Source: an uncultured Gemmatimonadaceae bacterium (GTDB lineage Bacteria > Gemmatimonadota > Gemmatimonadetes > Gemmatimonadales > GWC2-71-9). Taken from it: 64,000 nt of DNA. The stretch spans positions 18,727 through 82,726 of the forward strand of contig CAZPER010000002.1 in NCBI GenBank assembly GCA_964585655.1, given 5' to 3'. Below the pieces are notes generated by a model. It worked only from the letters and a program-made list of their open reading frames with translations. It was not told the origin of the DNA and did not search any database. How positions within the stretch are numbered: the first letter of the stretch is position 1; every line of letters begins with the position of its first letter. This document shows, piece after piece, positions 9,459 to 18,635 of this stretch. A program made the position numbers and the translations under genes.

Positions 9459-10721
9459 CTACACGGTCGCCCCCGCGGGCGAGGGACCTGCCCGGAGCAG
9501 CTGCAGAAGCCGGAAGAGCGCCATCTGGGCCGCGCGGCCCCGCACATCCTCGCGCGTGCCCGGGAACTGGTGCCGGTGCACCGTGACCTTGCCCCTCACG
9601 GAGAAGCCCAGGTACACCAGACCCACCGGCTTGTCGGCTGTCCCGCCATCGGGACCGGCGATACCGGTGACGGAAATCGTAAGCTCGGCGCCGAACCGCC
9701 GGGCGGCGCCGGCGGCCATCGCCGCCGCCACCGGCTCGCTCACCGCGCCGTGGGCCGCGAACAGCTCCGCCGGGACGTCGAGGAGCGATCGCTTCACCTC
9801 ATTGTGATAGGCGATGACCCCGCCAAGGAAGACATCCGAGCTGCCCGGAATGGCGGTGAGCCGGGCCCCGATCCCTCCCCCCGTGCATGATTCCGCAGTG
9901 GCGAGATGCAGGCTGGCACGCCGCGCCTCCGCCAGGACCACGGCGGCCAGGTCATCGTCCCCTTCGCCGTAGCACCACTCCCTGGCCCGCCCATTCAGGA
10001 GCGCGGCGCCTTCCGCCAGGCGCCGGTCGGCTTCCTCGGGTTCGAGGTTCCAGGCGGTAAGCCGGAGGTCCACGCCCTCGATGCCGGGGAGGTAGGCCAG
10101 CGAGAGCGGGGCGACCTCTTCCTCGACCCGATCGAGGCGCTCGGCCAGTGCGGACTCCGGCACTCCCGTGGTGCGCACCGTCCGCGACCGCACGACCCGC
10201 CCGACGGCGCGGGGAGCCAGCCGGGGCAGCACCTCGTGGTGCAGCAGGCCTCGCATCTCCGCCGGGACCCCGGGGAGGAGAATCGCGAGGCCCTGCGGCC
10301 CCTCCAGCCAGAGTCCCGGCGCGGTACCCCACCGGTTGGGGAGGATGACGCCGCCCTCCGGCACCTCGGCCTGTCCCCGGTTCTTCTCCGGCGGCACCCG
10401 ACCCGCCCGCGCAAAGCGGGCCACGAGCGCCTCCCACACTTCCGGGCGGAAGGTGAGCGGCATGCCGAAGAGGTCGGCTATGACCTTCTTGGTCACGTCG
10501 TCCGCGGTGGGGCCGAGGCCGCCGGTGGCGAGGAACGCGCCGGTGCGCTGGAGCGCCGCCTGGGCGGCGTCCCGGATGGCGGCGGGATCGTCGGTCACGG
10601 AGGTGCGGCGAAGCACGGGGACACCGGCCGCGGCGAGGGCCCGGCCGATCTCGGCGCTGTTGGTGTCTACCGTGTGGCCGAGCAGGAGTTCGGTGCCGAT
10701 CGTGAGGAGTTCGATGGCCAC
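9459..10721 (-). CDS. cinA: CinA family protein (MoCF-type N-domain plus nicotinamide-nucleotide amidohydrolase PncC domain)
   Basis: MAIELLTIGTELLLGHTVDTNS N-terminus, C-terminal ATAESCTGG motif, 420 aa. Confidence 0.85.
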   Translation of the reverse strand: MAIELLTIGTELLLGHTVDTNSAEIGRALAAAGVPVLRRTSVTDDPAAIRDAAQAALQRTGAFLATGGLGPTADDVTKKVIADLFGMPLTFRPEVWEALVARFARAGRVPPEKNRGQAEVPEGGVILPNRWGTAPGLWLEGPQGLAILLPGVPAEMRGLLHHEVLPRLAPRAVGRVVRSRTVRTTGVPESALAERLDRVEEEVAPLSLAYLPGIEGVDLRLTAWNLEPEEADRRLAEGAALLNGRAREWCYGEGDDDLAAVVLAEARRASLHLATAESCTGGGIGARLTAIPGSSDVFLGGVIAYHNEVKRSLLDVPAELFAAHGAVSEPVAAAMAAGAARRFGAELTISVTGIAGPDGGTADKPVGLVYLGFSVRGKVTVHRHQFPGTREDVRGRAAQMALFRLLQLLRAGPSPAGATV

Positions 10722-10731
10722 GGTATCCGGC

Positions 10732-11367
10732 TCAGTGATTGGTCTTGAAGAGGTTCCGGTAGCGGTACAGGTACACCGCGAACGAGTACACCGTCAGCGC
10801 GGTGGCCAGGGCCAGGGTGAGGGCCACCACGCCGCCATGGAACTGGTTCCAGTACTCGGCGAAGCGGTTGTGCTCCCAGCCCATCGGCTTGCGGGCGTCG
10901 CGGAAGGTGAACCAGAGGAAGGTGGCGCCGATGTAGATGTTCTGGATCGTGGCCTTGAGCTTCCCCGCCCCCGCCGCCGGGATCACGATGCCGCGGCGCT
11001 GGGCCCACCAGCGGAAGCCGGTCATGGCCAGCTCGCGGCCGATGAGCAGCAGGCACACCCAGAGCGGGATAGAGCCCCACACCGGGATATCGTAGAGATC
11101 GTGCCGGGTGCGGGAGATCCAGTAGATGGGGAGGATGGTGGCGAAGAGCAGCAGCTTGTCGGCGATCGGGTCCAGCAGCTTCCCGATGTCGGTCACCATG
11201 TTGCGGGAGCGGGCCAGGTAGCCATCCACCACGTCGGTGATGGCGGCAAACAGGAAGATCAGGAACCCGATCAGCTTGGGCCAGTAGCCATCGATGAACG
11301 GCAGCAGGGCGATGACGGGCGTGAGGAGGATCCGGACCAGCGTCAGGATGTTGGGGAGGTTCCACAT
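10732..11367 (-). CDS. pgsA: CDP-diacylglycerol--glycerol-3-phosphate 3-phosphatidyltransferase
   Basis: NILTLVRI..., D(x2)DG(x2)AR...D(x3)D CDP-alcohol phosphatidyltransferase motif (DVVDGYLAR...DPIADK), multiple TM helices. Confidence 0.85.
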   Translation of the reverse strand: MWNLPNILTLVRILLTPVIALLPFIDGYWPKLIGFLIFLFAAITDVVDGYLARSRNMVTDIGKLLDPIADKLLLFATILPIYWISRTRHDLYDIPVWGSIPLWVCLLLIGRELAMTGFRWWAQRRGIVIPAAGAGKLKATIQNIYIGATFLWFTFRDARKPMGWEHNRFAEYWNQFHGGVVALTLALATALTVYSFAVYLYRYRNLFKTNH

Positions 11368-11391
11368 GGCGGCGGGTCCCCCGGGCTGATC

Positions 11392-12069
11392 CTACGAGCC
11401 CAGGCTCTTCAACACCATCTTGCTCACCGCCTTGAGGGTGTCGAACACCCCGTCGCCGTTCATGGCCACCGCCTCGAAGTATGGGGCGCGCTCGATCCAC
11501 TGGCCGTCCAGCTGCTCCACGAGGGACTCTCCCTCGTGATAGGGATCGGGGGTCGGCTTCTGGCGGGCGGGATCCTCGACCGGCCAGCCCGGATTCAGCG
11601 CGGCCTGCAGCTCGCGGATGGTCGTGGCGTTGGGGAGGTCGCGCTTGTTGTACTGCACCACGAAGGGGATGCTGGTGAGGCTGTACCCGTGCTGGGCCAT
11701 GTTGTCGTACAGGTTCTGCATGGCCTCGATGTTGGCTTCCATCCGCTCGATCTGGCTGTCCGCCACGAACACCACGCCGTCCACCCCCTTGAGGATGAGC
11801 TTGCGGGAGGCGTTGTAGTAGACCTGCCCGGGCACGGTGTAGAGGTGGAACCGGGTCTTGAAGCCGCGGATGGTGCCGAGGTCCACCGGGAGGAAGTCGA
11901 AGAACAGGGTCCGCTCCGTCTCGGTGGCGAGCGAGATGAGCTTGCCCCGGCTGTTGGGCGCGACCTTGTTGTAGACGAACTCGAGGTTCGTCGTCTTCCC
12001 GCCGAGGCCCGGTCCGTAATAGACCAGCTTGCAGTTGATCTCGCGCGAGGCGTAGTTGATCATGCTCAT
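11392..12069 (-). CDS. mglA: Ras-like GTPase MglA (with ~30-aa internal insertion)
   Basis: [37 protein letters not shown] and QYNKRDL are near-identical to Myxococcus MglA as I remember it. Extra segment at aa ~160-195. Confidence 0.85.
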   Translation of the reverse strand: MSMINYASREINCKLVYYGPGLGGKTTNLEFVYNKVAPNSRGKLISLATETERTLFFDFLPVDLGTIRGFKTRFHLYTVPGQVYYNASRKLILKGVDGVVFVADSQIERMEANIEAMQNLYDNMAQHGYSLTSIPFVVQYNKRDLPNATTIRELQAALNPGWPVEDPARQKPTPDPYHEGESLVEQLDGQWIERAPYFEAVAMNGDGVFDTLKAVSKMVLKSLGS

Positions 12070-12086
12070 GGGATCGTCACTCCGCC

Positions 12087-12581
12087 TCAGGCCCCGAACA
12101 GCTTGTCAAGCTCATCTTCCGCCTCGCCCAGGAAGCCGGTCTCGACCTGTGGCTGGCCGGCCGCGCCCCGTGTGAACATCTCCTCGAAGATCGCCCTGAG
12201 ATCCAGCACCGTCTGGCGCACCCGCAGCTTCACCAGGCCCAGCGTTGTCCGGTTGTCGAACAGCACCACGAGGATGACCCGCCGCGCGATGTCGGCGAGG
12301 TACATCGACTCCTTCTCCCCCTGGTGAAACAGGCTGCCGAACTCGGGCTCCCCGATCATCCGGGCGAGCTGGTCGTTGGCGCTGAAATCCGCCGCGGTGA
12401 GCGAGGCGAACGCGGTGGGGTCGAAGGTGGGTTCCTCCCCTACCACCGCCACCATTTGTCCCGTCCGGTCCACGATCATCCCGGTGCGCGCATTGGACTC
12501 GCGCAGGAACCCGGACAGGACCACCTGGATCTTGGTCGAGTCTTCTTCCCGGAACGACCAGCTGGATGCACCTGGTGGCAT
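12087..12581 (-). CDS. mglB: Roadblock/LC7-domain protein, MglB-like GTPase-activating protein
   Basis: 164 aa located immediately upstream of mglA (17-nt gap with GGAG). Roadblock-like pattern [15 protein letters not shown]...ILVVLFD. Confidence 0.75.
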   Translation of the reverse strand: MPPGASSWSFREEDSTKIQVVLSGFLRESNARTGMIVDRTGQMVAVVGEEPTFDPTAFASLTAADFSANDQLARMIGEPEFGSLFHQGEKESMYLADIARRVILVVLFDNRTTLGLVKLRVRQTVLDLRAIFEEMFTRGAAGQPQVETGFLGEAEDELDKLFGA

Positions 12582-12596
12582 CGCGTCCCCTTCCGA

Positions 12597-12863
12597 TTAA
12601 CCGAGCGCCGCTTCCATCCGGCGCACCAGCGCGCGGGCCCGCCGCTGGAGCACCGGATGGCGCTCCCAATCCAGATAGTCCCGCAGCAGCCGCACCGACT
12701 CCACCGTGGGGGCGCCGCCCAGGGCGCCGAGCGCCGCGAACCGGCGCAGCGGGCGCGGGCTGAACAGATTGGCCCGGTGCCGAGCCAGGTGCTGCTCGGC
12801 GAGCCACCACCCCGCGGCCGTCCCGGCCAGCAGCCCGAAGAGCACGGCGCCCTTCCGCGCCAT
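12597..12863 (-). CDS. hypothetical small membrane-anchored protein
   Basis: 88 aa with one N-terminal hydrophobic helix. Its ATG shares one nt with the recR TGA (TGATG), which suggests translational coupling. I recognise no family. Confidence 0.4.
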   Translation of the reverse strand: MARKGAVLFGLLAGTAAGWWLAEQHLARHRANLFSPRPLRRFAALGALGGAPTVESVRLLRDYLDWERHPVLQRRARALVRRMEAALG

Positions 12864-13453
12864 CAGCGGAGCTCCTGGCGCGCGCTCAGCGCGTGCGCCA
12901 GCGTGACGCCGTCCACGTACTCGAGGTCTCCCCCCATGGGGAGCCCGCGGGCCAGCCGGCTCACCCGGATGTCCTGGCCGGCCAGGAGCTGCTGCACGTA
13001 GGTCGCGGTCACTTCACCTTCCATGGAGGGGTTGGTCGCCAGGATGACCTCCCGGACCCCGCCCGCCCGCACCCGGGCCACCAGTTGCTCCAGCCGCAAT
13101 GCCTCGGGGCCGACGCCGCTCAACGGATCCAGCCGGCCGCCGAGCACGTGATAGGTACCGCGGAACTCCCCCGCCCGCTCCAGGCTGGCGACCGCCGCCG
13201 GCTCCTCCACGACGCACACCAGTCCGGCATCGCGCCGGGGGTCGAGACAGATCGGGCAGCGATCGGCTTCCGCCAGGTTGCCACAGACCATGCAGGGACG
13301 CACCCGCTCCGCCACCTGCACCAGCGCCTGCGCCAGCCGGGCGAGCCGTTCTCCGGGCTGCTGCACCAGGTGGTGGGCCAGCCGCTGGGCCGTCTTGCGG
13401 CCGACGCCTGGCAGCCGGGCGAACTCCGTCACCAGGTCGTCCAGGGCGCCCAC
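12863..13453 (-). CDS. recR: recombination protein RecR
   Basis: LPGVGRKTAQRLA HhH motif, CxxC...CxIC zinc finger, Toprim region ATNPSMEGEVTA. Confidence 0.9.
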   Translation of the reverse strand: MGALDDLVTEFARLPGVGRKTAQRLAHHLVQQPGERLARLAQALVQVAERVRPCMVCGNLAEADRCPICLDPRRDAGLVCVVEEPAAVASLERAGEFRGTYHVLGGRLDPLSGVGPEALRLEQLVARVRAGGVREVILATNPSMEGEVTATYVQQLLAGQDIRVSRLARGLPMGGDLEYVDGVTLAHALSARQELR

Positions 13454-13456
13454 GGG

Positions 13457-13765
13457 CTAGAGCGGGAGGTTGAAGGGGAGCGGGTTCGCCCGCCGCATCT
13501 CCTGCTGCAGCGCGTCGGCCGCGCGGCGCTGGGCCTCGGTCACCGCGCCCTGCACCAGGTCGGCCAGCAGCTCGGCGTCACGCCCGGCAAAGACCTCGGG
13601 GTCGATCCAGAGCGAGCGGATCGCGCCCTTCCCGTCCACCGTGACCCGCACCATGCCGCCGCCCGCCTGGGCGTCGTAGGTCGAGTCAGCCAGGCTGCGC
13701 TGGAGCTCCTGCAGGCGCCCCTGCATCTGCTGGCTGAGCTGCATCAACTGCTGCCAATCTGCCAT
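13457..13765 (-). CDS. ybaB: YbaB/EbfC family nucleoid-associated protein
   Basis: 102 aa with GGGMVRVTVDGKG motif, in the conserved dnaX-ybaB-recR order. Confidence 0.85.
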   Translation of the reverse strand: MADWQQLMQLSQQMQGRLQELQRSLADSTYDAQAGGGMVRVTVDGKGAIRSLWIDPEVFAGRDAELLADLVQGAVTEAQRRAADALQQEMRRANPLPFNLPL

Positions 13766-13837
13766 GTAGTATCGCTAAGTCCCTGCAAAGTCTGAGGAAA
13801 GTAGGGGCCCCGGGGGGCCAAGGCAAGCAAGCCAAAG

Positions 13838-15499
13838 CTAATCCAGCACCTCAAGATCGAGGCTGTCGGCCGCCGCCTCGAGGGCGGGGTCCCGCCCCTT
13901 GAGCACCTTGAGCCGCTCGGCCCGGGATTCCGCCTCGCTGAGACGCCGCGCCCGCGGAGTGGCCGGGGCACTTCCCGCGCCGGCGATGCCGAGCCGGACC
14001 GGGGCGCCCAGGACCCGGCCCAGGAGGGCCTGCACGGCGTCCCGCTGGCGTTCCAGCGCCTCCAGGTGCATCGGATTCCCATCGGGGACGCTGAGCCCCA
14101 CCAGCGGGGGATCGGCGGACACCGGGCGGGCGGCCGCCAGCGCCTCGCCCAGGAACCGCCCCTGAGCCCGCGCCACCACGACCACATCTGGCCAGGCGCG
14201 CTGGAGCCCCTCCAGCGTGAATTCGGCCCGCACCTCGGGCGCCGGCTCAGTCGCCCGGGGTTCCGCCGCGCTGGCGGGGGGCTCGGCGACCCGGCGGGCC
14301 GGCGGCTCCACGGCTCGGCGGCTCGGCGGCTCCGGGGGGCTGCCGCCGCCGGTGGCGGGGGCCGTCCCGCTCAGCAGCGCCTCCAGGTTGACGGTCCGGT
14401 CCAGCAGCACCCAGCGGAGGAGAAGGGTCTCGACGGAGAGGCGCGGGCTGGAGCTCTTCCGTATGCTGCCCTCGGATTCGCCGAGCAGCTTGAGCATGCG
14501 GAGCAGGTCCCCCTGGGACAGCTGTCCGCGATACCGCTCCAGGGTGTGCTGCATGGCCTCGGTCAGCCCCTCGGGCTGGGCTCCCACTTCGAGCATGAGC
14601 AGCGAGCGCAGCGCCTCTCCCGCCCCGCCCATGAACTCCACGAGGTCGGCCCCGGCCTCGTCCAGCCGGTCGAGGAGGGCAAAGACGCCCGCGGGCCGGC
14701 GCTCCGTGAGCAGGGCCAGGAGCTCGTCGTAGACCTCATCCGCCACCAGGCCGAGGATCTCCCGCACACGGAGCGCCGTGACCCCACCCTCGCCGAAGGA
14801 GAGACACTGGTCGAGCACGGAGAGGGCGTCCCGCATCCCGCCGTCGGCCTGGCGGGCGATGAGCGTCAGGGCATCGTCGTCGGCCTCGATCCGCTCGTCC
14901 GCCAGCACCCCGCGGAGCCGGTGCCGGATGGCGGTCGGACCGATGCGGCGGAAGTCGAACCGCTGCAGCCGCGAGAGCACCGGGGCGGCCATCTGGGCGA
15001 TCTTCTGCGGCTCGGTGGTGGCGAAGACGAACACCACGCCCGGGGGCGGCTCCTCGAGGATCTTGAGCAGGGCGTTCCATGCCTCCCGGGTGAGCATGTG
15101 GACCTCGTCCACGATGTACACCTTGTGGTGGCCTTCCTTGCTCGCGGCATACATGGCCCGTTCCCGCAGCTCCCGGGCGTCGTCCACGCCGCGGTTGCTG
15201 GCGGCGTCGATCTCGACCACGTCGAGGCTGGCCGACCCGTGCCAGATCCGCCGGCAGCTCTCGCACTCGCCGCAGGGCTCCCCGGCGGGCTCCACCTGGC
15301 CCTTCCGCTCGCAGTTGAGCGCCATGGCCAGGATGCGGGCCGCGGTGGTCTTGCCCACTCCCCGCGGGCCGGTGAGGAGGTAGCCGTGCCCCACCCGGCC
15401 CTTGAGCACGGCGCCGCGCAGTACCTGGGCCACGTGGTCCTGGACGAGCAGATCGCTGAAGCGGCGGGGACGGTACTTCCGGGCGAGCGCGAGGGCCAT
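13838..15499 (-). CDS. dnaX: DNA polymerase III subunit gamma/tau
   Basis: LLTGPRGVGKTT Walker A, CGECESC zinc module, YIVDEVHML Walker B, 553 aa. Confidence 0.9.
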   Translation of the reverse strand: MALALARKYRPRRFSDLLVQDHVAQVLRGAVLKGRVGHGYLLTGPRGVGKTTAARILAMALNCERKGQVEPAGEPCGECESCRRIWHGSASLDVVEIDAASNRGVDDARELRERAMYAASKEGHHKVYIVDEVHMLTREAWNALLKILEEPPPGVVFVFATTEPQKIAQMAAPVLSRLQRFDFRRIGPTAIRHRLRGVLADERIEADDDALTLIARQADGGMRDALSVLDQCLSFGEGGVTALRVREILGLVADEVYDELLALLTERRPAGVFALLDRLDEAGADLVEFMGGAGEALRSLLMLEVGAQPEGLTEAMQHTLERYRGQLSQGDLLRMLKLLGESEGSIRKSSSPRLSVETLLLRWVLLDRTVNLEALLSGTAPATGGGSPPEPPSRRAVEPPARRVAEPPASAAEPRATEPAPEVRAEFTLEGLQRAWPDVVVVARAQGRFLGEALAAARPVSADPPLVGLSVPDGNPMHLEALERQRDAVQALLGRVLGAPVRLGIAGAGSAPATPRARRLSEAESRAERLKVLKGRDPALEAAADSLDLEVLD

Positions 15500-15609
15500 G
15501 CGGGGAAAGTAGCGGGCCCGGCGGCTCGGGGGCTAGGCGGCAGAGCAAGACCGCAGGACGGCGGGACGGGAGGCTGGGGCCTACACCGGGCGACGCCCGC
15601 GGGTTACAT

Positions 15610-15720
15610 TCCCGGCGCCCCAGGTCCGAAGGGCGCTGGCGCGCGAACCGCGTCAGGACCTCGCCGGTAGCAGCGCTAAGCGATGTCCAGTGTCGCTTCG
15701 GGGTGCCTGGGGCACTTCCT
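15610..15720 (+). ncRNA. ffs: signal recognition particle RNA (small/4.5S type)
   Basis: Long imperfect hairpin closed by GCCCCAGG (15617-15624) and CCTGGGGC (15706-15713). The apical region GUCAGGACC-UCGCC-GGUAGCAGCGCUAAGCGAUG parallels E. coli domain IV GUCAGGUCC-GGAA-GGAAGCAGCCAAGGCAGAUG. It lies next to dnaX, as in many bacteria. Ends are approximate. Confidence 0.6.
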
Positions 15721-15786
15721 TTCCTCACCGCGATTCTCCCGCGGAACCTCCAGCGTCACACGCCGGGCCCCTCACGGAGCCGCCGC

Positions 15787-17556
15787 ATGACATTGACCTC
15801 GCTCGACTGGGCCATCGTCATCCTGTCCGTGGTGCTCTCCTTCCTCCCCGCCCTGGTGCTGGCACGGCGGGCGGGCAAGAGCACGGCGGAGTTCTTCACC
15901 TCGGGCCGGGCGGCGCCCTGGTGGCTGATCGGCGTCTCGATGGTCGCCACGACCTTCAGTACCGACACGCCCAACCTGGTCACCAACCTGGTGCGGGAGA
16001 AGGGCGTCGCCAACAACTGGGCGTGGTGGTCCTTCCTGCTGACCGGCATGGCCACGGTGTTCTTCTACGCCCGCCTCTGGCGGCGCACCGGGGTGCTCAC
16101 CGACCTCGAGTTCTACGAACTCCGGTACTCCGGCCGCGAGGCCTCCCTGGTCCGTGGCTTCCGTGCCCTCTACCTCGGCCTCTTCTTCAACTGCGTGATC
16201 ATGGCCACGGTCAACCTGGCCGCCGCCAAGATCGCCAACGTGGTGCTGGGGTGGCCCATGGGGCAGACCCTGCTGATCTGCGCCGGACTCAACATCGTCT
16301 TCGCGGCCACCTCCGGGCTCTGGGGCGTGCTGGTCACCGACTTCCTGCAGTTCGGTATCGCGATGACCGGCGCGGTGGCGCTCGCCGTCTTCTCGCTGCG
16401 GCAGCCGGAGGTCGGGGGGCTCGCGGGGCTCATCGCCCGCACCGATCCCGCCACCCTCAACCTGGTGCCCGACTTCGGGGACTGGGGGCTCACCCTGTCG
16501 GTGCTGATCATCCCGCTCACCGTGCAGTGGTGGTCGGTCTGGTACCCCGGGGCGGAGCCGGGCGGCGGCAGCTACATCGCACAGCGGATGCTGGCCGCCA
16601 AGAGCGAGCGAGACGCCCTCTCCGGCACCCTGTTCTTCAACGTCGCGCACTACGCGCTGCGCAGCTGGCCCTGGATCATCGTGGCGCTCTGCTCGCTGCT
16701 CGTCTTCCCCACCCTCGACGACATCGCCCGCACCTTCCCGTACGTGGACCCGGCGCTCATCGGGCACGACATGGCCTACCCCGCCATGCTCAAGTTCCTC
16801 CCCGCCGGCTTCATGGGCGTCATGATCGCGGGGATGCTCGCGGCCTACATCTCCACGATGTCCACCCACCTCAACTGGGGCACCAGCTACCTGGTGCACG
16901 ACTTCTACCGCCGCTTCCTGCGCGCCGACGCGACCGAGGCCCACTACGTGCTGGTGGGCCGCGTGGTCACCGCGCTCCTGATGCTGGTCGCGGCGGGCGT
17001 CACCCTGGTCCTCGACACCGCCCGGGAGTCGTTCGACCTGATGCTCTCCGTCGGTGCCGGCACCGGCCTGCTCTACCTGCTGCGCTGGTTCTGGTGGCGG
17101 GTGAACGCGTGGAGCGAGATCGCGGCGATGGTGGTGAGTTTTCTGGTGACGGTGGGATTCGTGGTCGCGGCACGGAATGGGCATCCCCTCCCCTCCCACG
17201 TGACGCTCATCGCGACGGTCCTCATCACCACGACGGCGTGGGTCGCCACCACCTTCCTGACCGCGCCGACCGCCCGGGACCGCCTGGTGGACTTCTACCG
17301 CCGGGTGCGGCCGGGCGGCCCGGGGTGGAAGCCAATCCAGGCGGAAGCCGGTGTGGGCCCCTCGCCCGACAACCTCCCCCAGGCCCTCCTGGGCTGGATG
17401 CTCGGCATCGCGTTCGTGTACGCGGCGCTCTTCGGCACCGGCAGCTTCCTCTACGGGAGAACCCCGCAGGCGCTGGTGTGGCTGGCGGTCTTCGTGGTGA
17501 GCGGCCTCGGGCTGCTGCGGCTGGTGCCCCGCCTCTGGGGCAGCGGCGAGAGCTAG
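15787..17556 (+). CDS. sodium:solute symporter (SSF) family transporter
   Basis: ORF 15703..17556 trimmed to the ATG at 15787 (MTLTSLDWAIV). About 13 TM helices. Paralogous to the CDS at 56575..58221. Confidence 0.8.
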   Translation: MTLTSLDWAIVILSVVLSFLPALVLARRAGKSTAEFFTSGRAAPWWLIGVSMVATTFSTDTPNLVTNLVREKGVANNWAWWSFLLTGMATVFFYARLWRRTGVLTDLEFYELRYSGREASLVRGFRALYLGLFFNCVIMATVNLAAAKIANVVLGWPMGQTLLICAGLNIVFAATSGLWGVLVTDFLQFGIAMTGAVALAVFSLRQPEVGGLAGLIARTDPATLNLVPDFGDWGLTLSVLIIPLTVQWWSVWYPGAEPGGGSYIAQRMLAAKSERDALSGTLFFNVAHYALRSWPWIIVALCSLLVFPTLDDIARTFPYVDPALIGHDMAYPAMLKFLPAGFMGVMIAGMLAAYISTMSTHLNWGTSYLVHDFYRRFLRADATEAHYVLVGRVVTALLMLVAAGVTLVLDTARESFDLMLSVGAGTGLLYLLRWFWWRVNAWSEIAAMVVSFLVTVGFVVAARNGHPLPSHVTLIATVLITTTAWVATTFLTAPTARDRLVDFYRRVRPGGPGWKPIQAEAGVGPSPDNLPQALLGWMLGIAFVYAALFGTGSFLYGRTPQALVWLAVFVVSGLGLLRLVPRLWGSGES

Positions 17557-18635
17557 CGGACCAGCGGATCCAGTTCCCCACGCGCGGCCGCGAGCGCGGC
17601 CGCGAGCCGGAGCTGGACCCGCGCCCGATCCAGATTCTGGTCGGGGCGGCTGGTCCGGTAGTAGCGGTCCCCCTCGAGGTAGTCCCCGAGGAACCGGATA
17701 CCCTGCTCATAGCAGAGCACCACCCCGGCCGTGACGAACAGCTCCCGCTCCGCGGCCGTGAGCGCCTCACCGCCCAGTCCGGCGGTGAGTCCCGCCACCA
17801 GTGCGCGGAAACGCTCGCGGTCCACGTCAACCGGATCAGCCGCCCGGGCATCCTCGACCGCCGTCCCCACCACCGAGCGCAGCAGGTCGCCGACGTCGTG
17901 CAGCCGGAGTCCGGGCATCACGGTATCGAGGTCCACCACCGCCACCCCCGCCCCGCTCGTCGCGTCCAGCAGCACGTTGGCCGCCTTGGCGTCGTTGTGC
18001 GCGATCGCCTGGGGCAACCCCGCCTCGGCGAGCGCCCCGGCCCACCGCCGGTGCTCGAGGGCCAAGGCGACCTCCGCCGCGGCGGCGCGCGAGCGGTCGG
18101 GGTCCGCGCCGGCGAGCGCGGCCTCGAACCGGCGCAGCCGGGCGGGCGTATCGTGGAATCCGGGGAGCGGGGACTGGAGCGGAGGGCCGTCGTAACTCGC
18201 CATCAGCGCGTGGAACCGGCCGAAGGCGACGCCGACCGCGTGCACCTCCGCGGCGCCGGCGGCCTCGAGAATGGCCCGGGTCCCCTCGAGCCAGGGGAAG
18301 AGCCGCCACCAGGCCCCCGTGTCATCCGGTACGCCCAGGCGGCCCTCCGGCGTGCGCAGCGGCTCGGCGACGCGCCAGTGGCTCTCGTCCCAGCCGGCGG
18401 CGCGCGCGGCATGGCCCAGGTGCGCGGAGACCAACGCGCAGTTCTCGAGCACGGCCGGGGCGTCGGGAAACACCGCCGGATTCAGGCGCTGCAGCAGGAA
18501 ACGGCCCGCCGAGTGCGATCGGGCGCCGGTGATCCGCCAGGCCTGATTGATGTGCCCGCCGCCGACCGGCTCCGGCGCCCCCCGCGGCTCCACTCCGAAT
18601 GCCAAGAGGATGCCGGCGAGGTCCGCCGGGGTCAT
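17553..18635 (-). CDS. APH-fold sugar anomeric kinase (N-acetylhexosamine 1-kinase NahK / AmgK-like)
   Basis: ORF trimmed to MTPADLAGIL. GGGHINQAW, catalytic loop AHNDAKAANVLL and VVDLDTVMPG motifs. ATGA overlap with the upstream nucleotidyltransferase. Confidence 0.65.
   Translation of the reverse strand: MTPADLAGILLAFGVEPRGAPEPVGGGHINQAWRITGARSHSAGRFLLQRLNPAVFPDAPAVLENCALVSAHLGHAARAAGWDESHWRVAEPLRTPEGRLGVPDDTGAWWRLFPWLEGTRAILEAAGAAEVHAVGVAFGRFHALMASYDGPPLQSPLPGFHDTPARLRRFEAALAGADPDRSRAAAAEVALALEHRRWAGALAEAGLPQAIAHNDAKAANVLLDATSGAGVAVVDLDTVMPGLRLHDVGDLLRSVVGTAVEDARAADPVDVDRERFRALVAGLTAGLGGEALTAAERELFVTAGVVLCYEQGIRFLGDYLEGDRYYRTSRPDQNLDRARVQLRLAAALAAARGELDPLVR

Noticed and set aside
13838-15499. 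Programmed frameshift or slippage site in dnaX producing a gamma subunit.
   Set aside because: I saw no A-rich slippery heptamer or homopolymeric A run in the region after domain III, so I cannot support it from sequence alone.
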